Below are positions 31,487 to 42,184 of a stretch of 64,000 nt of DNA, piece by piece. The stretch comes from an uncultured bacterium. Its GTDB lineage: Bacteria; Omnitrophota; Gorgyraeia; Duberdicusellales; CBEUCJ01. Position 1 is the first letter of the stretch. Each line of letters opens with the position of its first letter. The stretch is taken from positions 3,754-67,753 of the forward strand of contig CBEUCJ010000001.1 of NCBI GenBank assembly GCA_965541615.1. The letters run 5' to 3'. Both the position numbers and the translations under genes were made by a program. The notes below the pieces were generated by a model. The model saw only the letters and a list, made by a program, of their open reading frames with translations, was not told the origin of the DNA and did no database searches.

Positions 31487-31906
31487 TCAGAGACCTATGA
31501 ATTGAAGTATAAAATTTCTGATGCGAGCTCTATTATCGAAATCTATGAGGACTATCTGTTGCCAAGTACCTAGTAAAAGTTTTTTGTCTTTAAAAGGGAC
31601 CTGTAAAGAAGTCTTTAAAAATGTAGACCTTATATGAGAAAATCCATTGTCATCTCCCCAAGTAAGAGAATGATGGTATTTTTTATTTTGAGGAATAAGT
31701 CTTTCAAAAGCTTCCTTTAAATCTTTTATTAAATTGGGTTCATATTCAATAGTAGATACACCTGCTGTTGAACCTGGAATAAATATCAAAACATTTCCTT
31801 CTGAGATATCTAATTTTTTTAATTCAGCTTCTATTAAAGGAGTAATGTCTATTACATCACACACTCCTTTTGTAGAGATCTGTTTTTTTATAGTGTAAAT
31901 CTTCAT
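31487..31906 (-). CDS. YjbQ/UPF0047 family protein
   Basis: DIT, GSTAG, YHH, DNGFSHIRS, LLLGTWQQIVLIDFD. Confidence 0.9.
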   Translation of the reverse strand: MKIYTIKKQISTKGVCDVIDITPLIEAELKKLDISEGNVLIFIPGSTAGVSTIEYEPNLIKDLKEAFERLIPQNKKYHHSLTWGDDNGFSHIRSTFLKTSLQVPFKDKKLLLGTWQQIVLIDFDNRARIRNFILQFIGL

Positions 31907-32229
31907 AAGACTTCAGAACCAGGAGCTACTTCTTTATCAGGTGAAATTATACTTACTATATCTTTGTTCTTATCCTGAGAAGCTAACAACATCCCTTCTG
32001 AAATTACGCCTCTCAAGTTAGCAGGAGCAAGATTTGTAACTACTACTACCTGTCTATTCATTAACTCTTTTTTAGAATAATATTTTTTTAAACCTGCTAC
32101 AAGTGTTCTTTTTTCTGTACCTAAATCTACTTTTAATACGTATAACTTTTCAGCATTTGGATGATCACTTACCTCAATGATTTTACCTACTTTTAAACCC
32201 ATATTTTTAAAATCTGAAATAGTAATCAT
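31903..32229 (-). CDS. Stand-alone tRNA-binding OB-fold protein (Trbp111 / MetRS C-terminal / CsaA family)
   Basis: ITISDF, HPNAEKL, VVVTNLAPANLRGVISEGMLLA. Confidence 0.9.
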   Translation of the reverse strand: MITISDFKNMGLKVGKIIEVSDHPNAEKLYVLKVDLGTEKRTLVAGLKKYYSKKELMNRQVVVVTNLAPANLRGVISEGMLLASQDKNKDIVSIISPDKEVAPGSEVL

Positions 32230-32270
32230 TTTTTACCTCCTTATTATTTACTTTCCTTAAATCAATAATA

Positions 32271-32294
32271 TAATATAACTCATAATATAACTCA
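32271..32294 (+). repeat. 12-bp tandem duplication TAATATAACTCA x2 in the nfeD promoter region
   Basis: Two exact copies; overlaps TATAAT at 32269-32274 and ends 2 nt before the nfeD ATG. Confidence 0.6.
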
Positions 32295-32296
32295 GA

Positions 32297-33565
32297 ATGC
32301 GAAAGATTCTTTTTTCTTTTTTCTTTTTATTAGCCTCTCAAGGCTTTTCTTTCCAAAAAATATTTGTTCTTAATATCAACGATTATATCATAAATCCTAT
32401 CTGTTATGAATACATCAAAGAAGGAATTGAAAAAGCTAAATCTGAATCTGCAAAGTTATTAATAATCAAATTAAATACACCTGGTGGACTATTAGAATCT
32501 ACGAGAAAAATAGTAACTGAGATTTTAAACTCTAAAGTTCCAGTATGTGTGTATGTGTATCCTAAAGGGGCAAGGGCTGCTTCAGCTGGTGTTTTTATCT
32601 TACTGAGTGCAGATATTGCTGCAATGAGTCCTCAGACTCACACAGGAGCTGCTCATCCGGTTTTAGCTAACAAATCCTGGGGGAATTTAGATGAAGAATT
32701 AAAAAAGAAGATTATAAATGATACTATCAGCTGGATAGAATCTATTGCAAAGAAAAGAAATAGAAATGTGAATTGGGCAAAAAGAGCAGTCTTAGAGAGT
32801 GAATCTATAGATGAGATTAAAGCTAAAAAGCTTAAAGTAATAGATTTTATAGCTAAAGACCTAAATGAACTTTTGAATAAGATTACAAAACAGAAAAATA
32901 TTAAGTTAAATTTGAATAATGTAAAGATAATAGAAATAAAAATGACTCTGAGACAAAAGATTCTAAATCATATAATAAACCCTCAGGTAGCTTACTTATT
33001 AATGCTTTTGGGTTTTTTTGCTCTCTTGTATGAAGTTACACATCCTGGTTTTGGATTTCCAGGGGTTTTCGGAGTAATAAGTTTGTTATTAGCTTTTTAT
33101 GCATTTCAGGTCCTGCCTATAAACTTTGTAGGTATTGTACTCACCATATTAGGAATCCTTTTTTTAATAATTGAAATCTTTACTCCTACTTTTGGAATCT
33201 TTACTCTGGGAGGAATAACTTGTTTAGCATTAGGAGCTCTTATGTTATTTAATCAACCTGCTCCTTTCTTAAAACTCTCTCTAAAGATAGTCTTTCCAGT
33301 GATTATCAGTATGGGATTAATTACTCTTTTCCTCTTAACTAAAATATTTCAAGCACACACAAAAAAACCTTTAACAGGTTTAGAAAGCTTAGTAGGTAAG
33401 ACTGGTGTAGCTTATACTAAAATAGATAAAAAAGGTAAAGTCTTTATAAAAGGTGAGATTTGGGAAGCACTTTCAGATACTGTTATAGAAAAAGATGAAG
33501 AAGTAATAGTAGAAAAAGTAGAAGGAATGAGATTGAAAGTAAAAAGGAGGGGAGAAAATGGGTAA
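32297..33565 (+). CDS. nfeD: NfeD long form (ClpP-like serine protease + TM + OB domain)
   Basis: LNTPGGL, ARAASAG, GAAHPV, TM bundle, [12 protein letters not shown]. Confidence 0.92.
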   Translation: MRKILFSFFFLLASQGFSFQKIFVLNINDYIINPICYEYIKEGIEKAKSESAKLLIIKLNTPGGLLESTRKIVTEILNSKVPVCVYVYPKGARAASAGVFILLSADIAAMSPQTHTGAAHPVLANKSWGNLDEELKKKIINDTISWIESIAKKRNRNVNWAKRAVLESESIDEIKAKKLKVIDFIAKDLNELLNKITKQKNIKLNLNNVKIIEIKMTLRQKILNHIINPQVAYLLMLLGFFALLYEVTHPGFGFPGVFGVISLLLAFYAFQVLPINFVGIVLTILGILFLIIEIFTPTFGIFTLGGITCLALGALMLFNQPAPFLKLSLKIVFPVIISMGLITLFLLTKIFQAHTKKPLTGLESLVGKTGVAYTKIDKKGKVFIKGEIWEALSDTVIEKDEEVIVEKVEGMRLKVKRRGENG

Positions 33566-34292
33566 ATGGATAATTTTAGGTTTTTTTATTCTTTACATTT
33601 TAAACTGTATTAGAGTCTTAAAAGAATATGAAAGAGGAGTAATATTTAGATTGGGTAGGGTTTTATCTACTCCTAAAGGTCCAGGGATATTTTTTATATT
33701 AAAACCTATAGACAAAATGGTCGTAGTAGACTTAAGGACTGTAACTTTGGATGTGCCTCCTCAAGATATCATTACAAAAGATAATGTGAGTGTAAAAGTT
33801 AATGCTGTAGTATACTACAGAGTAGTAGACCCTGTAAAAGCTGTAATAGAAATTGAAGATTATCACTTTGCCACTTCTCAAATCTCTCAAACTACTTTAA
33901 GAAGTGTTGTAGGTCAAGTTGAATTAGATGAACTCCTCTCACACAGAGATAAATTAAATACTTCTTTACAGGAGATAATAGATAGACAGACTGATCCTTG
34001 GGGAATAAAGGTATCTATTGTGGAGATTAAAGATGTAGACTTACCACAAGAAATGAGAAGAGCTATGGCAAGACAAGCTGAAGCAGAACGTGAAAGAAGA
34101 GCAAAAATAATCAGTGCAGAAGGTGAACTACAAGCTGCAGAAAAATTAAAAAAAGCAGCTCAAATCCTTTCTGAAAACCCTTTGACTTTCCAGTTAAGAT
34201 ACCTACAGACTCTGATTGAAATAACATCTGAAAAGAGTTCTACTGTAATTGTACCTTTACCCATTGAGTTTTTAAGAGGTTTTAAGTCTTAA
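33558..34292 (+). CDS. SPFH/stomatin (slipin) family protein
   Basis: [51 protein letters not shown]. Confidence 0.95.
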   Translation: MGKWIILGFFILYILNCIRVLKEYERGVIFRLGRVLSTPKGPGIFFILKPIDKMVVVDLRTVTLDVPPQDIITKDNVSVKVNAVVYYRVVDPVKAVIEIEDYHFATSQISQTTLRSVVGQVELDELLSHRDKLNTSLQEIIDRQTDPWGIKVSIVEIKDVDLPQEMRRAMARQAEAERERRAKIISAEGELQAAEKLKKAAQILSENPLTFQLRYLQTLIEITSEKSSTVIVPLPIEFLRGFKS

Positions 34293-34317
34293 AAGAATAT
34301 CAATAAGGAGGTTAAAA

Positions 34318-35961
34318 ATGAAAAAGAGATTTTTTATCTTAATAATCTTATTGTTCTTTATTTTATTTTTAACTATTTTATTCAAAAAACCTTTGATTAT
34401 AGAAAAGTACATCCCTTCAAATCCTGTCTTCTATTTGAACATAGATAACTTAGATAAACATCTTCTAAAAATAAAGAAGACTAACTTTTACAAAGCATTC
34501 TTGAAATTTATAGAAAAAGATACGCACTTATCTTCAAAAAAGACCCAAATAGAAAGATTTATTTCCCAAATAGGCAAAAAATTTATCTTTGGTGTTTATT
34601 TAACAGATCCTTCAAAGATTAAGTTTTTAGGAGCAATTGAAATTAAAAACCCTGTTTTGACAAAGACTCTTTTGTATAATTCTTCTACGAGTTATAAATA
34701 TAAAGGAGTTAACATAAGAAAGATTAAATTTAATAGCTCTCAAGAAAAATCTATAGATTTTTTATTCTTTAAAAATTACCTTCTATTTTCAAACTCTCAA
34801 AAAATAATAGAAAAATGTATAGACTTTTATAAAAATAAATCTCTCAAAACGAGCTTTTATTATTCAGATTTTTTCAAAAAACAAATCTCAAAAAAACACA
34901 AGCCAGACTTTCTTGGATACTTCAAAATACCTACCAAAATAACTAAAAGACCTGCTTGTATATCCCATTTTCCTGCTGTTGAAAGTATGTATTTTGAACT
35001 CCATAAAGCAGGAAAAGATATATTTTTTCTCAAGAGGATCTCAGTAATAAATCCTTTATTAAGATCTTTTATAAAGAAAACAGAAAGTTTTTCTTCCTTA
35101 GAATTTATTCCTGAAAATGCTACCTATCTTGATATTGAACTCTTTAATTTTGAAACTTTAAAACCTTTTTTGCAAATGTTTACTTTTAGAAAAAAATCAA
35201 AAAAGATACAAACTTTCTTAAAAAAACTCTTAAATAATTTAGAAAATGAATTTGGAATTCTCTTTTTAAAATTAGCAAGATCGAATAAAATGCCTTTTAT
35301 CTTTCAGGGGTGTATTTTCTTCCAAGTAAAAGATAAAGAAAAATTAAAGAATATCTTAAATAACATACTGAATTCTGGTGTTGAAAAAGAAAAAAATACT
35401 TTTAAAGTTGAAAGTAATCCTTTTTCTTACAAAGGATTCATTATCTACAAATTGAAAGTGACTCCTAACATTAACAAACCAGAAAACTTTTTTGAAGTAA
35501 ATTACTTCTTCATCAAAAATTTTTTAATAATAGGAGTAGGAGACATCTATTCTGAAATAATAAAAACTTTTAAAAAAACCAATCCAAATATTTTAAATAA
35601 TTTTTATTTCAAAAAGTTTTTTAAAAAAGGAAACAAAACAGGTTTAATTTACATTAATTACCAAAACCTTAGAAGAACTGTCAAAACTTTTTTTAAAAAT
35701 TTAAAGGAGTTAGCCCCATTCTTAGAAGAAAATCTCTTAAAAAATTTGGAAATATTTTTTGCTACACCTTTAAAGATTTCTCAGTTCTCCTTTGATCAAA
35801 GATATTTTGAAGATGGTAAAATAATCTCTGTTAATTATTTTAATTTAAAAGACTTACCTTACAAAGATTGGCAAAACTTTTTCAAAGCTGCAAAAGAAAC
35901 TTTTTTACTTTTAGAAAAATATAAAAAATTTATCCTGCGTAGTAAGTTAAGGAAATTTTGA
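34318..35961 (+). CDS. Membrane-anchored hypothetical protein (DUF3352-like)
   Basis: Long ORF with SD GGAGG and N-terminal TM; repeated YKG..I / YFFIKNFLII patterns. Family assignment is tentative. Confidence 0.5.
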   Translation: MKKRFFILIILLFFILFLTILFKKPLIIEKYIPSNPVFYLNIDNLDKHLLKIKKTNFYKAFLKFIEKDTHLSSKKTQIERFISQIGKKFIFGVYLTDPSKIKFLGAIEIKNPVLTKTLLYNSSTSYKYKGVNIRKIKFNSSQEKSIDFLFFKNYLLFSNSQKIIEKCIDFYKNKSLKTSFYYSDFFKKQISKKHKPDFLGYFKIPTKITKRPACISHFPAVESMYFELHKAGKDIFFLKRISVINPLLRSFIKKTESFSSLEFIPENATYLDIELFNFETLKPFLQMFTFRKKSKKIQTFLKKLLNNLENEFGILFLKLARSNKMPFIFQGCIFFQVKDKEKLKNILNNILNSGVEKEKNTFKVESNPFSYKGFIIYKLKVTPNINKPENFFEVNYFFIKNFLIIGVGDIYSEIIKTFKKTNPNILNNFYFKKFFKKGNKTGLIYINYQNLRRTVKTFFKNLKELAPFLEENLLKNLEIFFATPLKISQFSFDQRYFEDGKIISVNYFNLKDLPYKDWQNFFKAAKETFLLLEKYKKFILRSKLRKF

Positions 35962-36006
35962 ACTTGTTATTCTATTAGATTAATATACAAAAATACTCAT
36001 TCCTTT

Positions 36007-36738
36007 ATGAAGGAGAAAGTTTTCCTTCATAAAACAAGAAAGCAGACTAACATTTTTATCTATCTCAAAGGCAAAAATAAGTATATTTTAAAATCAAAAC
36101 TCTTAGGAATTGATAAAGAATATAAAAATTTAAATTTTCTAAAAAAAGAGAATTTCTCTTTTATACCTAAAACTTCTCTTAAAAAAATTAAGGGAGCAAA
36201 ATTCTTAGTTCAAGATTTCATAAAATCTTCTCAATTTAAATATACTTCTGAAAAACTTTCTCTCTTAGCCAAAACAATAGGGCTCTTCATAATATTTAGG
36301 AAATATTTTAAAGAATATTTATATTTTAGAAAATGCAAAAAATTTTTAAAATCTCTTCTGCAAAAAGAGATTTTTAAAAAAAAGATAAAATACTCCTTTA
36401 TCTGTGGAAATCTTTCTAAGGATAATATCCTGTTCGAAAAAAGAAAATTATACATTATAGATTGGGAAAAAACAGAATTTGGAAACCCTGCTTACGATTT
36501 AACAAGTCTTTTTGAAAACAAAGACTTTTCTGAAATCTTATTTTTAAAATTTTATAAAAAATATGTAAATATTGATGAAGAATTCTTAGAAAGAGTAAGA
36601 TTCTATAAAATTCTACAACTTAGTGTTATTACTTCCTATTACAGATTTAACTTCTTAAATGAAATTATCCCCTTTTACTTACATGCATTTCTGATAAGAA
36701 GATTAAATAGAATTGAGAAGAATGATAGATGGAATTAA
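36007..36738 (+). CDS. APH/choline-kinase-like phosphotransferase with degenerate catalytic motif
   Basis: ICGNLSKDNIL (in place of HGDLxxxN), IIDWE, GNPAYDL. Confidence 0.6.
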   Translation: MKEKVFLHKTRKQTNIFIYLKGKNKYILKSKLLGIDKEYKNLNFLKKENFSFIPKTSLKKIKGAKFLVQDFIKSSQFKYTSEKLSLLAKTIGLFIIFRKYFKEYLYFRKCKKFLKSLLQKEIFKKKIKYSFICGNLSKDNILFEKRKLYIIDWEKTEFGNPAYDLTSLFENKDFSEILFLKFYKKYVNIDEEFLERVRFYKILQLSVITSYYRFNFLNEIIPFYLHAFLIRRLNRIEKNDRWN

Positions 36739-37970
36739 AACTTAAACTGAAAGACTTTTCAATAAAATATATATACTCAAAAAAAATATTCTTCTCTAAA
36801 AAAATCATAGTTGCTTTAGAAGGTTATGTTTGGAGAAGTAATTTCAAAAAACTCTCTCCTCAAGAAATAGTTAGGATTTACAAAAAAAGAAAAAAAGAGC
36901 TACTAGAGTTAGAAGGAAACTATTTAATCTGTATAGTAGACCTTAAAAATAAACTTTTAGAATTTTATTCAGATGTATGTGCAAGCATTCCTCTTTATTA
37001 TACAATAGATAAAAGTTGTTTAATTTGCTCTTCAAGAATAAAAACCCTTATCAGAAAAACAAAGACTAAAGTAAACAAAAGTGCTCTTTCTTTTTATGAT
37101 AAATTAAGCTACATACCTCCTCCTTATACTATCTTTGATAAGGTAAAAAAATTAAAACCGCATTATAACTATTTTGATTTTAAAAGATTATCCTTTATAA
37201 ATAGAGAATACAAAAGCAAAAAGATGAGTCTATCTACTTGTATAAAATCTTTACAAGAAAATATTAAAAATTATTGTAGTTATTATAAAAAAATTGGAGT
37301 TCTTGCAACAGGAGGTTTAGATTCAAGTTTTTTAATATATTTGGCAAAAGATTTTAAACCTCATCTTTTCTTTGCAGCTATTTTGGATAAATCTCTTAAA
37401 GAATATAATACTTATTCAATTAAAAGATGTAAAGCACTGGCAGATAAATTTAATTTAAAATTTGATGTTATCCCTATTAAGAAAGAAGAATATGTAAAAA
37501 GATTATTTTTAGTAGTAAAATTAATGGATGAACCAATTTATGATGAGGATTTGGCTGCTGTATATACTTTGTTTTATAAAATTAGTAAATTTTATAAAAG
37601 AGAAGGACTTATTTTAAGTGGTATGGGTAACAATGAATTGTTTGATTTTCCAAAAAGAAACTTGAAGGAGTTTTTATTCAAAAAGATACCTGAAGAAATA
37701 AATATACATAAAAAAATAGCTAAATCTTTTAATCTTGATTTTTATGCTCCTTATTTAAACAGAAATTTAATAAATTATGCGCTTACTACTGATTTTAAAA
37801 AAAGAAAAAATAAAAGATCTCTCAAAAGATTTTTAAAAATAAAGAAGATATTAAATTCTGAAATTGTAACTCAACCTTCTCAACACACACTGATTCCTCC
37901 AAATTTTATACCTTTATTGTTTAACAAAGATAGTTTTTTAAAATTTTGGAGGAGATACAATAATGCTTAA
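36729..37970 (+). CDS. Asparagine synthetase-like ATP pyrophosphatase (no N-terminal Cys)
   Basis: LEGNY...D..ASIPLYY, PPYTIFDKVKKL, GVLATGGLDSS, MDEPI, LSGMGNNELF, APYL. Confidence 0.75.
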   Translation: MELKLKLKDFSIKYIYSKKIFFSKKIIVALEGYVWRSNFKKLSPQEIVRIYKKRKKELLELEGNYLICIVDLKNKLLEFYSDVCASIPLYYTIDKSCLICSSRIKTLIRKTKTKVNKSALSFYDKLSYIPPPYTIFDKVKKLKPHYNYFDFKRLSFINREYKSKKMSLSTCIKSLQENIKNYCSYYKKIGVLATGGLDSSFLIYLAKDFKPHLFFAAILDKSLKEYNTYSIKRCKALADKFNLKFDVIPIKKEEYVKRLFLVVKLMDEPIYDEDLAAVYTLFYKISKFYKREGLILSGMGNNELFDFPKRNLKEFLFKKIPEEINIHKKIAKSFNLDFYAPYLNRNLINYALTTDFKKRKNKRSLKRFLKIKKILNSEIVTQPSQHTLIPPNFIPLLFNKDSFLKFWRRYNNA

Positions 37971-39030
37971 CAATGACAAGCTAAGAATCTTAGGGATAAT
38001 TAAGAACAAGGCTATCATAGGACCAAAGACTTTAGATATTCTGATAACTTCTCAATGCAATTTAAACTGTCTATTCTGCACAATACATTCTCCTTACAAT
38101 TCTGAAAAAATAAAAAAAGAACATCTTCCTTTTACTATCCTCAAAAAAGTAATAGATGATGCTTATAAACTGAAGGTAGAGAACATAACTTTAAGTGGAG
38201 ATGGAGAGCCTAGTTTACATCCTGAGATCTGTAAAATAATAGATTACATCAAGAAAAAAAAGTTTTTTCTTAATATAAATACAAACTTAGTATTCTCAAA
38301 AGACATCCTTAAATGTTTTCTCAAAGCAGATAAACTTTCTATAAACCTAAGTGCTTATGATGAGAAAACTTATTCTCATATTCATAGAGGGAATTCTTTA
38401 TCCTTTTCTCAACTTATTAATAACTTAAAAATAGCCTCTGAAATTTACAAAAAAAGGGGTAAACCTTCCATTGTAATAGTCTATGTAGTAAATAGCCTCA
38501 ATTATAAACACATATTAAAATTTGTGAAATTTATAAAAAACTTTCATATAAGCCACATAGACTTTAATCCTTTAGAAGTTAGACCATTTATTAAGAGATT
38601 TGCTTTATCCAAGAGAAAAATAATAAACTTTTGTAAATTAATCAATAAAGTTAAAAATGAAATTAATTTCTACAACAATCTCATTGAGCAAGAAGATCTT
38701 AGTATAAGTATAAATAAATGTTACATTCCTTTCTTTCATAGCAGAATAGAAGTAAATGGAACTGTTGCTTTTTGCTGCAAAAATGAGAATCTTATTATTG
38801 GCAACGTATATAAAGATAGCTTCTTAAACATTTGGAAATCTAAAAGAGCAGAGGAAATTAGAAAATCAGCTATATTTGAGTTTGATCTTTCTAAAAGAAA
38901 ATGGAAAGTATGTCAATCCTGTGAGAAGTATCTAAAAGAACGTAATCTCCTAATTCAAAAGGAAGTAGAATTTTTAATGAACAAATATGGAAAAAGCTTT
39001 ATTGAGATTAATTGGAATCAAAAAAGATAA
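37963..39030 (+). CDS. Radical SAM/SPASM-Twitch protein (paralog group A)
   Basis: CNLNCLFC, GDGEPSLHP, CYIPF...VAFCC...IIGNV...IW...CQSC. Confidence 0.9.
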   Translation: MLNNDKLRILGIIKNKAIIGPKTLDILITSQCNLNCLFCTIHSPYNSEKIKKEHLPFTILKKVIDDAYKLKVENITLSGDGEPSLHPEICKIIDYIKKKKFFLNINTNLVFSKDILKCFLKADKLSINLSAYDEKTYSHIHRGNSLSFSQLINNLKIASEIYKKRGKPSIVIVYVVNSLNYKHILKFVKFIKNFHISHIDFNPLEVRPFIKRFALSKRKIINFCKLINKVKNEINFYNNLIEQEDLSISINKCYIPFFHSRIEVNGTVAFCCKNENLIIGNVYKDSFLNIWKSKRAEEIRKSAIFEFDLSKRKWKVCQSCEKYLKERNLLIQKEVEFLMNKYGKSFIEINWNQKR

Positions 39031-40012
39031 AGTTCTAACTGGCCCAGAAAGATTAGAAATTGAAATAATTAACTACTGCAACATAAATTGTCTTACTTGT
39101 TGGTTTTTTTCTCCCTTGGGTTCTTTTTATAAAGAAAAACCTTGGAAGATGGAACTGGAAGTATTTAAAAGAATAATTAATGAAGCTAAAATTTTAGGAG
39201 TGGAATCTATATGTATTCCTGGAATTGGAGAGCCTACCTTACATCCAAATCTTCCTGAAATGATATTAGAAACAAAAAAAGCAAGACTTCCTCTCCATAT
39301 AGCTACTAATCTGACTGTTACTTCTAAAAGAATCTTAAAATCTCTTTGCCTCTGCGATAGAATAGATATTACTTTATTAGCGCCTACAAAAGAGCTTTAT
39401 AAAGAATTGCAATCTCCTTCTTGCCCTGAATATTTTGACCAAGTATTGGAAAACATTACTTACTTAAAATCCTCTCAAAATCCTAACAAAAAACAGAAAA
39501 TATATATTATGTTTATATTAAATAAACTTAATTTTAAATATTTTAAAGATATACTAGAGTTAGCCAAAAAATTAAATTTAGATGGAATAGAAATACAACC
39601 TTTTGATACGACTCCTTTTAATAAAAATCTTTCTTTAGATTATTCAGAAATTAAAAGTTTTATTAAAGAAAAAAATAAGTTAAAGAAAAAGTATCCCTTT
39701 ATTGAAGATACTTTTTTTGAAGAATACTATAAAAATAAATTTGAGAATCAAAAACTTAAAAGATGTTATATGGGATACTTTACACTCTTAGTAGGAATAA
39801 AAGGTAAAGTAAAGGTAGGTTGCTTTTCTCCTCAATCTCCATCTGCAGGGAATATATATAAAAGAAGTCTTACTGAAATCTGGTATTCTCCTAAAGCACA
39901 AGAGATAAGAAATGAATATAAATATAACCTTGATAAAATTCATAAATCAGAATCTCATTGCCCTTTTTTGACAAGAAATCGTAAAATATCAAAAATAATT
40001 CAATTTTTTTAA
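38987..40012 (+). CDS. Radical SAM/SPASM-Twitch protein (paralog group A)
   Basis: CNINCLTC, GIGEPTLHP, CYMGY...VGC...AGNIY...EIW. Confidence 0.9.
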   Translation: MEKALLRLIGIKKDKVLTGPERLEIEIINYCNINCLTCWFFSPLGSFYKEKPWKMELEVFKRIINEAKILGVESICIPGIGEPTLHPNLPEMILETKKARLPLHIATNLTVTSKRILKSLCLCDRIDITLLAPTKELYKELQSPSCPEYFDQVLENITYLKSSQNPNKKQKIYIMFILNKLNFKYFKDILELAKKLNLDGIEIQPFDTTPFNKNLSLDYSEIKSFIKEKNKLKKKYPFIEDTFFEEYYKNKFENQKLKRCYMGYFTLLVGIKGKVKVGCFSPQSPSAGNIYKRSLTEIWYSPKAQEIRNEYKYNLDKIHKSESHCPFLTRNRKISKIIQFF

Positions 40013-41013
40013 GTTAATATGCTCTTTAGATGGATCTTTTTAAGGAAGTTTTGGAAGAAAATAGTCTCTTTAAAATCCAAATCTTTATCTACAAATTTTG
40101 AAATCATTTTAAATCCCCAAGATACATAATCTCTATAACTTAATGGAGTTTTTAAGGAATCAAAATATTCTCTGGTTTTTTTTATGAAAAAATAAAAAAT
40201 CTTCTCATTTACTTTAATGCGTCCATTATCGAGCTTAAGAAAAGACCATTTTTTTCGCATATTTTCTGACAAACACAAAAAGACATCTCCAAAAAAGACA
40301 TAAAAAGGAGGATGTAAACTTAAATCTAATAAATTTTTCTTTAGACAAGGAAAATCTTCTTCCATAAAGATATGTTTAAGAAACTTCTTATTCTTAACGA
40401 TCTTGATATATTCTTTTTTAAAACATTCTATGCTCTTAACATCCCACTCTATTAAGGCAGAGGGGGTAACATCTATATTCCTTAAACCTAAATTAATCAA
40501 AAAAGAAAAGTTCTCACTAAGCCTACAGCTTTCTTGAGGATGGACGGTCATTGTGCAAGAGATATCGATTCCTTTTTCTTTGCACTTCTTAATATTTTTT
40601 ATTAACTTCTCAAAGGAATCTCTATCTATTCCTCTCCTATGTTTAGAAGTAGTAAAAAAATCTCCATCTATTCCAATCTCTAAAGAGATTTTATTATCTT
40701 TCAAAAAGGAAATTATTTCCTCATTTAAAAGTAAACCATTAGTTTGAATTCCTATATTAATCTTAGGAAATTTTTTCTTTATATAATTTACTGTCTTTTT
40801 CACTAAAGGGAAAAAGAGAAATGGTTCTCCTCCACTAATCTCAAAATTACAAGGAGTAGCTAAATTAGTTTTTAAAAAGTCTATAAATCTTTTAATAGCA
40901 GAAAAATCTAAAGTTCTGCCTCTTTTGTCCTTAAAATAGCAATAATCACAATTCAAATTACATTTCTCAGTTATGTATATAAAAACATTATAAACAAACA
41001 GGTTATCGAACAT
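40009..41013 (-). CDS. Radical SAM protein without SPASM cysteines (paralog group B)
   Basis: ITEKCNLNCDYC, SGGEP, QTNG, GIDG, TMTVHP. Confidence 0.88.
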   Translation of the reverse strand: MFDNLFVYNVFIYITEKCNLNCDYCYFKDKRGRTLDFSAIKRFIDFLKTNLATPCNFEISGGEPFLFFPLVKKTVNYIKKKFPKINIGIQTNGLLLNEEIISFLKDNKISLEIGIDGDFFTTSKHRRGIDRDSFEKLIKNIKKCKEKGIDISCTMTVHPQESCRLSENFSFLINLGLRNIDVTPSALIEWDVKSIECFKKEYIKIVKNKKFLKHIFMEEDFPCLKKNLLDLSLHPPFYVFFGDVFLCLSENMRKKWSFLKLDNGRIKVNEKIFYFFIKKTREYFDSLKTPLSYRDYVSWGFKMISKFVDKDLDFKETIFFQNFLKKIHLKSILT

Positions 41014-42184
41014 TCTTTCTCAAATCAATAATGTGTCTAAATTTTCCTGTAGAAGTTTTTGGCACAGAACCTTTATAAATATTAAATTCAAATATGTCCA
41101 AAATCCTCAGTCTTTCAGAAATGGCTTTTTTTATCTTTTCAATTTTATCTTTATCAGAAGGAGAAAGATTTATCAAAACCTTATCTTTATAAGTGTAAGG
41201 ATTTTTATTTATCAGAAGGAAAAAATGAGGATGTTTTAAAATGCCTTGAATAGTCTCTATTATCTCCTGTTTAGAAAAAACTTCTCCATCAAGAAGAATA
41301 GAATCATCTGCTCTTCCTAAAACTTTTATATATTTTCTCCTACCCCTTTTTATTATCTCCACTATATCTCCTAAAATATATCTTATAAAAGGCATACAGA
41401 AATTTTCTAAATCAGTAATAACTATTTTCCCCTTTCCTAATTCAGAGACACTTCCATCGTCTTTTAAAATTTCTATATACAAACCATCTTCAAACAGTCT
41501 CATATATTCATCTTCAGGATCATCAGAAATAGCAAATCCTGAGAATTCCATAGATCCGTAATTATTAAATATCTCTACACCTCCTATTTTACATATAATC
41601 TCTTTAAAATCATTGGATAAATACTCACCAGTAACGATGCATTTTTTTATACTATGTTTTTTACCAATTCTGCTAAATACCTCATATATCTCATTCACAT
41701 AACCTTCAATAACTGTAGGATGTAAATCCTGAATAACTTTAATAACAAAATGTAAATGTTGTCTTGTTTTAATCGAACCTACAGGAATTCGACAAACACC
41801 TATCTTCCCTAAAGCCTCATCGATTATTCGTGCTGCTCCACTTATAGAATAAGATAACAAATTTAAGAAACGATCTTTTTTACTGAGACCGGCAGTCTTG
41901 TATATTTTTACTTGTCTTTTTATGTGTGCATCAAAACTTTTTTTGTTTCGGAGAATGAAAAAAGAATTAGTTGTACTCCCTGAAGTCATAGTAACAAAGT
42001 ATTCTTTCCCACTTCTTAAAAATTGAGAAATATCATTAAAATCCTCTCGTTTTAAAAAAGGAATATCTTCGATTTTTTTTATTTTAGAAACATCTACCCC
42101 TTTTTTTTGATGATAAAACTCTCTAAAATTTTTAAGTAGAGTTTTAATCTTTGAAAAAATTTTACTATTGTAATCATAGGACAT
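41003..42184 (-). CDS. Phenylacetate-CoA ligase (PaaK)-like adenylate-forming enzyme
   Basis: IPFLKRED, TSGST, TGE, YGSMEF, VITDL...PFIRYILGD, LGRADD, TGKFRHIIDLR. Confidence 0.82.
   Translation of the reverse strand: MSYDYNSKIFSKIKTLLKNFREFYHQKKGVDVSKIKKIEDIPFLKREDFNDISQFLRSGKEYFVTMTSGSTTNSFFILRNKKSFDAHIKRQVKIYKTAGLSKKDRFLNLLSYSISGAARIIDEALGKIGVCRIPVGSIKTRQHLHFVIKVIQDLHPTVIEGYVNEIYEVFSRIGKKHSIKKCIVTGEYLSNDFKEIICKIGGVEIFNNYGSMEFSGFAISDDPEDEYMRLFEDGLYIEILKDDGSVSELGKGKIVITDLENFCMPFIRYILGDIVEIIKRGRRKYIKVLGRADDSILLDGEVFSKQEIIETIQGILKHPHFFLLINKNPYTYKDKVLINLSPSDKDKIEKIKKAISERLRILDIFEFNIYKGSVPKTSTGKFRHIIDLRKNVR

Noticed and set aside
36729-37970. Lasso peptide cyclase interpretation of the AsnB-like gene
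   Set aside because: No lasso B protease, RRE or lasso-type precursor is visible nearby.
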